Positions 30,249 to 40,170 of a stretch of 64,000 nt of DNA are shown here, one piece after another. The stretch lies in assembly GCA_000165345.1 (NCBI GenBank), contig CM000435.1:448001-512000 (forward strand), written 5' to 3'. The notes below the pieces were generated by a model. It worked only from the letters and a program-made list of their open reading frames with translations. It searched no databases and was not told the origin of the DNA. A program made the translations under genes and the position numbers. Within the stretch, counting starts at the first letter, position 1. Each line of letters begins with the position of its first letter.

Positions 30249-30262
30249 TTTTGGCGCCAACC
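30249..30262. promoter_or_regulatory. E2F-like TTTTGGCGCCAACC about 95 nt 5' of NDH2 ATG
   Basis: ggttttggcgccaaccaaa. Confidence 0.5.
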
Positions 30263-30352
30263 AAATAATAATATCAGTCGAGATTGAATTCATTTTTCAT
30301 TCATTAGAAATTAATTTCAAAAAAGAAATTCTTAGTAAATAAACTTTAAATT

Positions 30353-32059
30353 ATGTCTAACTCTGAAAAGAATACTTCCAATATCCGGACTTGTTCTTCG
30401 GTATTTGCTGAAGATGAGAAAAAGAATGTCTCAAATACATTTTCCACAATTACGAACAAAGCGACCTCATTAACAAAGAGTATATTTTCTATCTTTAGGT
30501 TGTGTTCCCCTTTCAAAACAGATGCGAGCTTGGGACGGCCAAAGGTTCTCATCTTAGGTACTGGGTGGGGATTTATGAAATTGGCCAAAGGCTTAGACGT
30601 AAATTCCAACGATATTAAAGTAATAAGTCCAAACAAGTACTTCTGCTTTACTCCTCTACTTACACAGATTGTCTCAAATAGACTTCCAAGAGAAGTTTGT
30701 GAAATCCCTATAAATGAACTCACTTATAGAGGGAACAAGGAGGTGATAAAGTATATCCAAGGGTTGGCCTTAGATATTGATAAAGAGAACAAAGAAGTTA
30801 TATACTTCGACTCTGAAAAGAAAAAACAGGAAAGGATTCCCTATGATTATCTGATTATTAATGTTGGAAATGAAGACTCAAACATTGTTCCTGGTATCAA
30901 GGAATACGCATTATACTTGAGGAATGTTGAAGACTCAATAAAGATGAGAGATGCGGTTGTCAATTGCATTAAAGAAGTTAACGCAAATTGGGACAAAATG
31001 AGCGACGATGAAAAACGCAAGAAACTCACATTTATTGTTGCTGGAGGAGGACCCACAGGAGTAGAGGTTTCAGGTGCTTTTGCTGAGTTGACCAAAAACT
31101 TCCTTTCCAAAAATGAATACAAGAAACTGGCTCCGTTTATTAATATTAAGATCATTGAAATGGCAAACAAGCTATTGCCAACAGCTGGTGATAAAGTTTC
31201 GGGATACACAAAATACGTACTTAGCTCATTGGCAGGAATAGAGGTCTTGCTGGAGACTAAATTGAAGAGCGTGTCCAAAGATTATGTGGTTATTCAGAAA
31301 GAGGGAGGAGATGAAGAGTTAGTTCCATATGGAGTTTTTGTTTGGGCCAGTGGAGCCTCTCCAAACTCATTAACAAAGCAAATTTGTGATAAAGTAGAGG
31401 AGCAATCTTTCTTTAAAAAGGCTATTGTGGTTGATGAGAGACTTCAAGTTCATGGAATTCCTAATGCATACGCACTTGGAGATTGCGCTTTAGTTAGACC
31501 ACGAAAGTTAGCAGAGAGATCAAAGGAAATTTACCAAAATGCTCTAAAGTCGTCCTTCGGTCCTACTGTCAAATACCTTAGAGATAACTTTTCAATTAAA
31601 GCTTTCCCCCAAATGTTTAACTTATCAAAGGTCGCAGATCTCCCTAAGAACGAGGAAATTCTCACGGAAGAAGACTTCAAGAATTTACTTGAAAAGCTTG
31701 ATTCTATGTACCACTCCCCACCACCTACAGCCCAGGGTGCATCTCAACAAGGAGAATATCTTGTAAAGTTGTTCAATGATTATCCATCAGATAAAGAAAA
31801 GCAAGAATGTCCAGCTTTCATATACTACTGGAATGGCTCTACATGCTATATTTATGATGACAACATTGCATTCTACACGCCATTTGGAAGTATGCTAGGT
31901 GGAATCCACACCAAGTATATCTGGCGATTAGCATATACTACTTTGAACCCAAGTTCAAGATCCCGCAGTTTACTTTCAAAGAATTGGTTTAATCCATTTG
32001 GAATGTTTGCCGGAGGGTATAAAAATGACGAAATCTACAAAATGAACGTTTCTCACTAA
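30353..32059 (+). CDS. NDH2: type II (alternative, rotenone-insensitive) NADH dehydrogenase, NDH2
   Basis: Two Rossmann GxGxxG motifs (VLILGTGWGFMKLA and FIVAGGGPTGVEVSGAFAE). NDH2-like VISPNKYFCFTPLL and C-terminal quinone-side region. Confidence 0.75.
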   Translation: MSNSEKNTSNIRTCSSVFAEDEKKNVSNTFSTITNKATSLTKSIFSIFRLCSPFKTDASLGRPKVLILGTGWGFMKLAKGLDVNSNDIKVISPNKYFCFTPLLTQIVSNRLPREVCEIPINELTYRGNKEVIKYIQGLALDIDKENKEVIYFDSEKKKQERIPYDYLIINVGNEDSNIVPGIKEYALYLRNVEDSIKMRDAVVNCIKEVNANWDKMSDDEKRKKLTFIVAGGGPTGVEVSGAFAELTKNFLSKNEYKKLAPFINIKIIEMANKLLPTAGDKVSGYTKYVLSSLAGIEVLLETKLKSVSKDYVVIQKEGGDEELVPYGVFVWASGASPNSLTKQICDKVEEQSFFKKAIVVDERLQVHGIPNAYALGDCALVRPRKLAERSKEIYQNALKSSFGPTVKYLRDNFSIKAFPQMFNLSKVADLPKNEEILTEEDFKNLLEKLDSMYHSPPPTAQGASQQGEYLVKLFNDYPSDKEKQECPAFIYYWNGSTCYIYDDNIAFYTPFGSMLGGIHTKYIWRLAYTTLNPSSRSRSLLSKNWFNPFGMFAGGYKNDEIYKMNVSH

Positions 32060-32220
32060 AAAGAAGAGATTTGACTATTTTTTGTGTGTACAATTCATCT
32101 TATTTAGCCATTCTTAAATATTAACCTATCAGATTATGTTTCCATTAAATAGATACTAATTAATATAGGAGTTAGTGTTGTGCTTTCTACTATTGTAGGT
32201 ATCAAGTCTATTTTAGAAAC

Positions 32221-35007
32221 TTATGCTGCTTCAAAACATTTAATGACGTCCAGACAGACAGATTCTGAGTTTGACCTGCAGGTAATCTTAACTAGGCAGC
32301 CAAGCTCTGCATTGTTTACTATTATCGCGGTACATAAAAAGGGAGTTTTTGCAAAATAAGTACCGGAAAACAAGAGGGTGTGATTAGAGGATTCTAAGTT
32401 AACATTCTCTGTATTGTCGCATGCAGCTGCATTGACTAAGGCCAAAAGTCCATTAACAGCTGAAGGGATATTTTTATATGAAAATGAGAACTTGGCAATG
32501 TGCTCAATTCCGCTAGTTTCGAGAATATTCCAAACATTTTTGAACTCTCCCTGCCTCAAATAGTTAGGGATTATACAGTCAGAGTGTGAGAGAGTCATTG
32601 GATCAATAGTAAATATATCATTATATCCACAATTTTCATCACCATCTTCACAATATAAATAGTCCAGTTTGCATGGAATAACATTTGAAACATTTGGGAA
32701 GTGATCTTGTGTAGAATTCTGAATAAGCACGAAAATTGATTCAGCTTGCCCTGGCTCGAGTTTTGGAATAGGAGCGCTTGCTATAATCGAAAATCCATCA
32801 ATTGCAGCCTCGAATTCAACATTTACATTTTTTAAGAGCACATCATTTAAAGTATTAGCAACCTGGAACTCTAGAACAATGAATTTGCCTTCATTGAAGA
32901 AGTGTTTTCTTAATTGAACCAAATATTCTGATTCGCTTTCAGTTAGAGGAATAGAAGTTGAAGTGAATAAATGGCTGCCCAAATCCTGAGCAGAAATACA
33001 GCCTGAAAGTCGTTCATATATAAGGGAAACATTGACTCCAGTAGAGGTTTTATCTGAAGAGTTTTCTGTTTGGTTTTGGTTTCCTCGAGTTCTGGAAATA
33101 TTGAGAGCTTCCATAGAAGCTGAAACAGAAGTAATATTTGAAGTTATTTGGGAGCCATTGACTGTTGACTCTACGGGGTCTGTTGGTAGGGAATTTAAGT
33201 CCAAAAGAGTTTCAGGTTCGTTTGAAACGACTTTTCCAAGAATAAATGAGAGATTACGTATAGTGTCCGCCTCTTTAGATATTAAATGCTCTCCAAAAAG
33301 GCTTGAATTAGTTAAATCACACTTATTATCATCTGAATCGTCCAGTGAATCTGAAGTAGACTTGTCATCTATGATCATTGAGTAAGTGTTTGTTCGATCT
33401 CTGACTTCGTCATCATTATCTTTGGAACAAACTTGGAGAAGAGTTCTGATATCTTCTCTTAAATCATCGCAAACTAGGGCAATTTGAACCAATGCATCAA
33501 TGCTGGCAGCTCTTACTGCAGAGCTTTCTAGTATGAGCCTATTAAAAATATACCTAATAAATCTGGAGGGAGTATTGGTCTTTGGAATATTCTTCCCAAG
33601 AAATCCCAAAATTCTGATAGTAATTACAGGATACTCGCAGTCTTCTATAGTTTCGCAAGCATGATATAGAATGCTTTCCAGAATATCAGGAATCTCATTA
33701 GAAATATCAAATAATGTATCAATTACGAAAGATTTAAAATCAAGGCTTCCCTCTTCTCTCAAATTGGTCGCCAAGAATGAAAGGATATTCTTGTGTTTTG
33801 TAGGGTATTTCAGGATAAGATTCTTAGTGGCTCTGATAATATCTTTTTTTCCGCCGTCACTAATATCAGCAATAAATGCAGGGATTTGCTTGACAAGCTT
33901 GTCAAGATTATTTTCTTGAGCTATTTTGAGTAAAATAGTGAGTACTAAAGTTGCCATGATTCTATTAGAGTCGTTAAGCAAAGGCTCTAGTTCATGTTGG
34001 CACTTAAAGACAATATTTGGACTTACATTGGCTAGTTCATTAAGAATTCTGACAGCAGCGAACTTTGCCACTGAAATATTCGAGTTTAAAATCATTTGAA
34101 GGGCATTCGAAATTTGCGAAATGTCAATAAAACCAAGTGCTTTATGATTTTGTTTCTCGTGCAAAAACTTTAAAATATCGCATATTCCTCTAGAAGCCTC
34201 TAAAGATACAGCTTCACTTCTACTCTTAAGCATTGTATGGAAGCCATCTAATATCCAGCTTACGTTTTCCCATGAGGAGTCCTGCTTACAAAGAAGAAAA
34301 AACATATTCTTCATTTGTCTGAGCATCAGACAATCGCTATATACAGACTTTATTGGCATCTTGTAGAGCATCTCTATAATCTTTTGTGTTGCCAGTCGAT
34401 CATTATTTCTCAATTCGAATAAAAGTACCAAAGCGTGGTATTGCACCATTCCGTCCCTTCCTTGAATACATTCACTTATTTCATTGAGCCAGCGCCTAGG
34501 AATATCTCCGTGGCCTCTTAGTGCCAAATTATAACCACACAACAGTGCACTGCTCGCAACAAAGGAGTTCTTATCAACTATTGCAGACTTTAAATACCTC
34601 TCAACTTGTCCGATCATTGTACCATCCGCAATCTTACTTATAACCCTGAGAGAATTTGCTCTGTAACAATCATTATTGCTATTCATGTCCTTAATTAGAG
34701 AACTTATGACAACAAATGCTTCGCTTTCATTTACTTTTAAGCTCTTTATTGCTAAGTATACAAGTCTTCTTAAATCTTGGTTGTTTGATTGGAATAATCT
34801 CGTGATTCCAAAGAATAAATCTGACCATTCTTGGTCAGTAAGCCTCTCTCCACTATTGATCATATTCAAAACCTTGGTCAAAACTGTGCAGCATTTTTTT
34901 GAGTTTAAATGGGCCTCGCTAAAACATCTTGTTTCCTGCAAAATTGAGCTTTTCTCACCCAAAAAAGGATTAATTGCAACTCCCTTATCGTCACCTTTCA
35001 AATCCAT
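32221..35007 (-). CDS. COPG: coatomer (COPI) gamma subunit
   Basis: NPFLGEKSSILQETRCFSEAHLNSKKCCTVLTKVLNMINSGERL...LFQSNNQDLRRLVYLAIK aligns with COPG N-terminus. Adaptin trunk plus appendage domain length. Confidence 0.85.
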   Translation of the reverse strand: MDLKGDDKGVAINPFLGEKSSILQETRCFSEAHLNSKKCCTVLTKVLNMINSGERLTDQEWSDLFFGITRLFQSNNQDLRRLVYLAIKSLKVNESEAFVVISSLIKDMNSNNDCYRANSLRVISKIADGTMIGQVERYLKSAIVDKNSFVASSALLCGYNLALRGHGDIPRRWLNEISECIQGRDGMVQYHALVLLFELRNNDRLATQKIIEMLYKMPIKSVYSDCLMLRQMKNMFFLLCKQDSSWENVSWILDGFHTMLKSRSEAVSLEASRGICDILKFLHEKQNHKALGFIDISQISNALQMILNSNISVAKFAAVRILNELANVSPNIVFKCQHELEPLLNDSNRIMATLVLTILLKIAQENNLDKLVKQIPAFIADISDGGKKDIIRATKNLILKYPTKHKNILSFLATNLREEGSLDFKSFVIDTLFDISNEIPDILESILYHACETIEDCEYPVITIRILGFLGKNIPKTNTPSRFIRYIFNRLILESSAVRAASIDALVQIALVCDDLREDIRTLLQVCSKDNDDEVRDRTNTYSMIIDDKSTSDSLDDSDDNKCDLTNSSLFGEHLISKEADTIRNLSFILGKVVSNEPETLLDLNSLPTDPVESTVNGSQITSNITSVSASMEALNISRTRGNQNQTENSSDKTSTGVNVSLIYERLSGCISAQDLGSHLFTSTSIPLTESESEYLVQLRKHFFNEGKFIVLEFQVANTLNDVLLKNVNVEFEAAIDGFSIIASAPIPKLEPGQAESIFVLIQNSTQDHFPNVSNVIPCKLDYLYCEDGDENCGYNDIFTIDPMTLSHSDCIIPNYLRQGEFKNVWNILETSGIEHIAKFSFSYKNIPSAVNGLLALVNAAACDNTENVNLESSNHTLLFSGTYFAKTPFLCTAIIVNNAELGCLVKITCRSNSESVCLDVIKCFEAA

Positions 35008-35470
35008 TTTGTTTTTTATTTCCCTCCTTTCTTATGCGAGGAATTCTTATTTAAGGGGGAAAAAAGCCTTTTTGATTACTTCAAAACAGTTTCTTGTATC
35101 CCCCCCTCAATTCTCTCACAAATACGCTTTAATGTTGCCGCTATAATCTTTTTTTGCTAACTATGAAATTTCAAATTTTTTTTTTTCTTATAAAATAATA
35201 CTCAGTCAGTTAAGTTAATTAAATCATTATACAGAACATAAAAGTTTTCATTAGCACTATTGATTATCTCCAGTACTATATATTTATATTCTTTCCTTCT
35301 TTATAAAATCATTATAGCTTCTGTATCTTACCTATATTCATTTTCCCACAAAATTAATAGCTTTATAGATAAATATTTCTGAATTTTTCTTTGAAATTAT
35401 AACACTAAGCCCGTTAATTTTGATTATTCTTTAATATTTATCTGAATGCATGGAGAAAAGTAGTGGCATG

Positions 35471-35482
35471 TTTCCCGCCAAA
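35471..35482. promoter_or_regulatory. E2F site TTTCCCGCCAAA about 60 nt 5' of Psf3 ATG
   Basis: catgtttcccgccaaagc. Confidence 0.55.
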
Positions 35483-35541
35483 GCCCACACAGAGCATTTA
35501 ATGGAGTGAAATTGTCTTGAAATAACGAGAATATATTAGAG

Positions 35542-36310
35542 ATGGCTGAAGAGAGTTTAGATTTGATTGAGGAGTTTATTAAGACCAGGGATGAGTTGCA
35601 AAAGCGTTCCTTTTCAAGTGTTGACTGGGATGTTGATTATATACTAATGAATGAAACAGTAAGTTGGATTATAGTTATTTCTATTGAGTCAAGTAGATAG
35701 GGATAGCAAATTAGACCCAATTTCAAAAATTAATTTTCTAGCTACTACCTTGTAGAATGGCACTAAGTCAAAAAGAATGTGCTTTTATGTGTATGGATAG
35801 CCAATTAAAAGAAAATAATGAGGTACGTACATGGATTTAATAATACAAAAAATGATCAGCTTTATTGAATCGTAGATTTTAGCTGGCGAGATATTGCAAC
35901 TACCAATATGGCTTGCAAGGGAACTCTATTCTCGAGGCTTCGTTGGGATTGATTATCCGGATTTTCTTTCGTCAAAAATGTCAAACGCTTTAAGAACTGA
36001 CCCCTGTAGTGTGGACTTAAACAATATTTCACCCTATTTCTTTCAAGTTAGTGTAATTTTCCTGGGTTTACTACAAGATGAATTATTTCTCAAGGTAATT
36101 TTGGAATCCTTTCGCAGCCGCCTGGAAAAGTTGTTCCTAGTTTCAATCTATTTGCATCTGCCTAATTCTTCTGAATCTTCAAAGATGAATAATGACCATA
36201 CACAGGTATTTCTTAAATCTCTTACTTCAATCGAAAAAGATATGTTAGAAGAATCATCTATTAGTTACTTCCAATCTGCAAATGCTTTATACTGTAGAAG
36301 AGTAAAGTAG
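35542..36310 (+). CDS. PSF3: GINS complex subunit Psf3 (GINS3), three exons. join(35542..35658, 35742..35822, 35876..36310)
   Basis: Exon 1 MAEESLDLIEEF...VDYILMNET|GTAAGT. Exon 2 LLPCRMALSQ...KENNE|GTACGT. Exon 3 equals ORF-track 35894..36310. Spliced product has the Psf3 hallmarks DDILM..EKLPC and LxLPLWLAxxL(ILQLPIWLARELY), plus DPCSVDLNNISPYFF. Confidence 0.6.
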
Positions 36311-36389
36311 GCAATTTAAATATTATATAAGAAACAAAAAAAAAACAACTTATGAAACTATAATTAAAATAAGCGAGTGAATCTAAGGA

Positions 36390-39300
36390 TTAACGCCTCT
36401 TCCTAGAGTACCCAGAGTCTACTCTTCTATCTTCGTCTTGTTCCCTTCCCCTCTTTCTGTCCTCCTTTATGGCCTGTTTTTCAAGCTCATCCCAACTTAG
36501 ACCTTCTTCTTCATCGCTTGAAAGCTCCTTAAAAGAGTCATCAGAACTTTCCTCCTCAAGATCCGAAAGATCCTCATCGTCATCGTCGTCATCATCATCT
36601 TCATCATCTTCATCACTCTCAGAATATTCTTCATCCTCATCATCATCGTCATCGTCGCTTCCGCCCTCTTCATCATCGCTATCTTCACCTAGGAAACCGT
36701 TGAAGCCTCCATTTTGTACAAAATCTTCAATATCGCTCAATATTGTCTTCAATACAGCATTCCAGTTGAGATTTTGCCTTCCTTCGTAGTAAACAATCTC
36801 CATTTCGTTAAGCCAGCGCTTAATTAAATCTAAATACTCAATAGGAATTGAGTCTACTCGTTTTACAGGCTTTGAATAGTCTTTTGTGACAAAAATCATA
36901 TCAAAGTTGCGAAGTCCCTGTTCGACCCTCTCAAATGATACAACTTCTATTTCATCCAATGAAAGTACAAATGGTGGGAACTCGAGTAGATGAACTAGAC
37001 AAGATGCTGTTGGAAAGAGTTGAACATTTGAAACCCCAGCCCTTCCTGGAACACCATAGAATCCAAGGTCTCTATAAGGAATTTCTGCTTCAAAACTATT
37101 TTTGCTCAACTCTTCAATTCCTTGTATGAATTTTTTATATTCAAGGTTATACCTTTTCTTTGTTTCACGTTCACGCTGTTCCTCCATTATTTCATCAGGA
37201 TCGTACACATTTCTACCTCTTCTCTGCTCTAAATCATCAATTTGGTTTCCTACCTCAGAGTAGAACTGAATATCTTGGGTTTTCTTTTTTCCAAGCCAAA
37301 TTGAATGTTTAAGGTGCAAATGTAAAATGACTATCAAATCGTTTTCCACAGGTTGAAATATTGCATGTTTAATGCTGGTATATAAAATATCAATTGTCTC
37401 ACCCTTGGATGAACTAAACCTGAATCCGTTGTTATGAGCCTCTAATATACCGTGTTGGCGTCTGCCCTGTCCAATTGTGGGCCGAATTCCAACATCTTTA
37501 AGAACTACTCTTTGTTTTGATCTATTGAAATCGATTGGCTGTTGATTCTTAATCATATCCTGTTCTGCCATTTCCTCCTCAAGTGTGCCTTTCTGTTTAA
37601 ATCTTTTAATTAATTCCTTAATGCTTCTGAAGATACTATTTAATGTCTTTCCATCTTCTGAACGAATCATTAGCTCTTTAATAAATACAGGGGTCTTCAA
37701 GGTACTTGGTAACTGCTCTAAAGAAATTCCTGTTGGTAGCAGAAAGTTAATTCTCAAAATAAAAGATTTCCTTCCCTCTTCCTGAGTACAGACAACATTT
37801 TTAAGTAGTCTAACGTGGAAAGGAACCAAAAGACCGTAAATTGGTACAAGGATGCTTTCCTTTGCAGTATCAACATAAATTCTACTAGAACTCCTTTCTT
37901 TTGGATACTCTTTAACAGACTTATAACTTGAAAGCTTGGAATTGAAAAAGTCCTCTTCAGAGTCTGAAATATCTCCTTTTTGGTCATTCTTTTCCTCCTT
38001 CTTACCTCCAAACCGTTTCTGAAGCTCAACAAGTTTACGTTTTCTAAGTTCTTTTTGTCTGTTTTCTATCTCCTTGAGTTCCTCTGAGTGTTCAGAGTTA
38101 TTTACTCTTCTGGCAGTTCTTCTTAGTCTATCTTCAATTATTAAATGCTCTTTAGATTTCTTTTCTTTTTTAATTTCCTTAGAATCTTTTTTTGACTTTG
38201 AATGTCTATCGTCTTCACTATCCTCTTCTGTCTCATCATCGTCAAACTCCTCTTCAGACTCATCAAGCTCCTTTTTTGTTGGCTTTTCCTTCTTAACTTG
38301 TGAAGTCTTTTCTTTCTTTACAACAGGTTTCTGCTCTTCAGGCTCTTCATCATCCAGTTCATATGAGACATGTTCCAGCTTCTTGCTACATCCTTGTGTC
38401 AGGACTTCCACATTGCCTTCTTGGGATAAAAATACAGTATCACAAATCCAAATTGCGTACTTTTTGCCATTAGAGTCCAGATTATTGAATCCAATAGATA
38501 AATTAAAAGTCATTCCTTTCTGTACTAGAACATCTGGGGACGATCTTGGGCTGATTATTAAAGAAGGATCTCTGAACTCAATTCCTATGCAATGTCCCAT
38601 AATCTTAACAAACTTTTGGGCAAGCTCGGTTCCCTTATCTTCAACTATCTTCTGGTAAATACCAGAATAAAGATCGTTAAAAGATGTTCCTTCCTTTATT
38701 CTGGAAATTAGAGTTTCCATAAGTTCCAAGCAATAATTATAAAGACTTTTCTGTTCTTCAGTTGAGTTTAAAAAGTATGTCCTCGTAATGTTTGCACAAT
38801 ACTCTCTATACTTTGAACCTATACTTAATATTATACAACCAGAGGTCAAACACAAGTTTTCATCAGAATTCTCTACTGCTTTTAGCTCAAAATTAGAGCC
38901 ACTTTGGACAAGAGAGTACACCAAATCTATATCTTCCGGATCCAAACCGTACTTTGTTTTCCAAGCATTGTGAATTGTCTTATCATCTAAAGCAGCTTCT
39001 GCACGCCTTCCAATGTTCTTGTGAGACTCTTTCAATTCTTTATCTAAAATGGTTTCGATTCTCTGCAATAACACTCCCTTCAACATCTGGACAGATAAAA
39101 CTGCTGCTTTTTTACACAGTCCAAGCTCTACTTCATCCTTGTGGCACAACAAGTAATCTATAGATGCTGTCACCATCGTGGTCTCCTTGTTACTAAATGG
39201 GTTATCTCCTGAAAACAATTCTTCGCATTGTGATGCAAATTGGCCATCCTGAAGTCCAGCAGGTTCTATTCTCCCAATAGTAGTAGTTGCTTCAGCAATA

Positions 39301-39716
39301 TTTGAAACTAGCTCCTTGTGGTTTTCAAATGATTCTTTTAGATCTCCTTTCCTATCAACTAGAATCAACTCTATATTTGGGAAATTATCCGAAGATCCTT
39401 CTAATAATTGCTGGAGAATTGATACCTTTTTTTGACTTGTAACTATTACAATTTTTTTTTTACGAGAGAATAAAATTAAAGTGTCAGAAAATTCAAAACC
39501 AAACAACCAATAATGGAGTGTCATACTCTTATAAATTACTCCATCCTCTCTAGAAGAACCTTTTCCACACAAAACATATAGAAGGTCCACTTCCCTCAGG
39601 TTTTTGAACACATTTTTATTATCATACTTAGTGTTCTCTTCCAGCCAAACCGAGTATAGGAATTGGATCCTCCTTCCAAAAGATGCAACGTCTAACTTGA
39701 CCTGATCTTTGCCCAT
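36390..39716 (-). CDS. SPT16: FACT complex subunit Spt16
   Basis: N-terminal M24-peptidase-like domain, Spt16 middle domains, very long D/E C-terminal tail, 1108 aa. Confidence 0.8.
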   Translation of the reverse strand: MGKDQVKLDVASFGRRIQFLYSVWLEENTKYDNKNVFKNLREVDLLYVLCGKGSSREDGVIYKSMTLHYWLFGFEFSDTLILFSRKKKIVIVTSQKKVSILQQLLEGSSDNFPNIELILVDRKGDLKESFENHKELVSNIAEATTTIGRIEPAGLQDGQFASQCEELFSGDNPFSNKETTMVTASIDYLLCHKDEVELGLCKKAAVLSVQMLKGVLLQRIETILDKELKESHKNIGRRAEAALDDKTIHNAWKTKYGLDPEDIDLVYSLVQSGSNFELKAVENSDENLCLTSGCIILSIGSKYREYCANITRTYFLNSTEEQKSLYNYCLELMETLISRIKEGTSFNDLYSGIYQKIVEDKGTELAQKFVKIMGHCIGIEFRDPSLIISPRSSPDVLVQKGMTFNLSIGFNNLDSNGKKYAIWICDTVFLSQEGNVEVLTQGCSKKLEHVSYELDDEEPEEQKPVVKKEKTSQVKKEKPTKKELDESEEEFDDDETEEDSEDDRHSKSKKDSKEIKKEKKSKEHLIIEDRLRRTARRVNNSEHSEELKEIENRQKELRKRKLVELQKRFGGKKEEKNDQKGDISDSEEDFFNSKLSSYKSVKEYPKERSSSRIYVDTAKESILVPIYGLLVPFHVRLLKNVVCTQEEGRKSFILRINFLLPTGISLEQLPSTLKTPVFIKELMIRSEDGKTLNSIFRSIKELIKRFKQKGTLEEEMAEQDMIKNQQPIDFNRSKQRVVLKDVGIRPTIGQGRRQHGILEAHNNGFRFSSSKGETIDILYTSIKHAIFQPVENDLIVILHLHLKHSIWLGKKKTQDIQFYSEVGNQIDDLEQRRGRNVYDPDEIMEEQRERETKKRYNLEYKKFIQGIEELSKNSFEAEIPYRDLGFYGVPGRAGVSNVQLFPTASCLVHLLEFPPFVLSLDEIEVVSFERVEQGLRNFDMIFVTKDYSKPVKRVDSIPIEYLDLIKRWLNEMEIVYYEGRQNLNWNAVLKTILSDIEDFVQNGGFNGFLGEDSDDEEGGSDDDDDDEDEEYSESDEDDEDDDDDDDDEDLSDLEEESSDDSFKELSSDEEEGLSWDELEKQAIKEDRKRGREQDEDRRVDSGYSRKRR
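36497..36700. repeat. GAN/GAT trinucleotide-rich tract encoding the acidic Spt16 tail
   Basis: Runs of gat gac gaa codons. Antisense gives a poly-Ser artefact ORF. Confidence 0.8.
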
Positions 39717-39726
39717 TTATCACTAA

Positions 39727-39760
39727 TTTTGGCGAAAATCTTTATTTTCTCGTTTTCGCC
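39727..39760. promoter_or_regulatory. inverted repeat TTTTGGCGAAAA-(14 nt)-TTTTCGCC, 15-45 nt 5' of Spt16 ATG
   Basis: ggcgaaaatctttattttctcgttttcgcc. E2F half-site-like arms. Confidence 0.4.
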
Positions 39761-40170
39761 TTTTTACTTTCCAGTCTCTGGTTATCTTCTGAATTGTACC
39801 TCTTAACAAAACCCCACTTTCACAGCGCCTAATAATTAATTATTTGTATAGTACAAGTAAATTGAATTATTCACTTTGATTTACGTATTGGAATTTTAGG
39901 AGAAAATATTACTAAGAATTTGAAAAAAATATGTATTCTGGCCTAAAATAATTATTTTTAATAATCTCAAGCCTTGAATTGCGAATCTATGAATATTTGT
40001 AAAATAATTACTACCGGCAATTCATTTTCTTGTCTCCAAAATGCATGCTTCAATTCCTTCTATATCTATGTTTTTTTATATGGTTAGAATAATAAATGAT
40101 AACAAATTTAATGTTCAAGACTTAATATTAAACTATTCTAAAAAAAATTATCAACTATAACGATAAAGTT

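Noticed and set aside
30346-30723. Minus-strand 125-aa ORF
   Set aside because: Fully overlaps the NDH2 N-terminal Rossmann region on the opposite strand
36469-36789. Plus-strand ORF encoding a poly-Ser protein
   Set aside because: Antisense reading of the GAT/GAA-rich acidic tail of Spt16, a codon-repeat artefact
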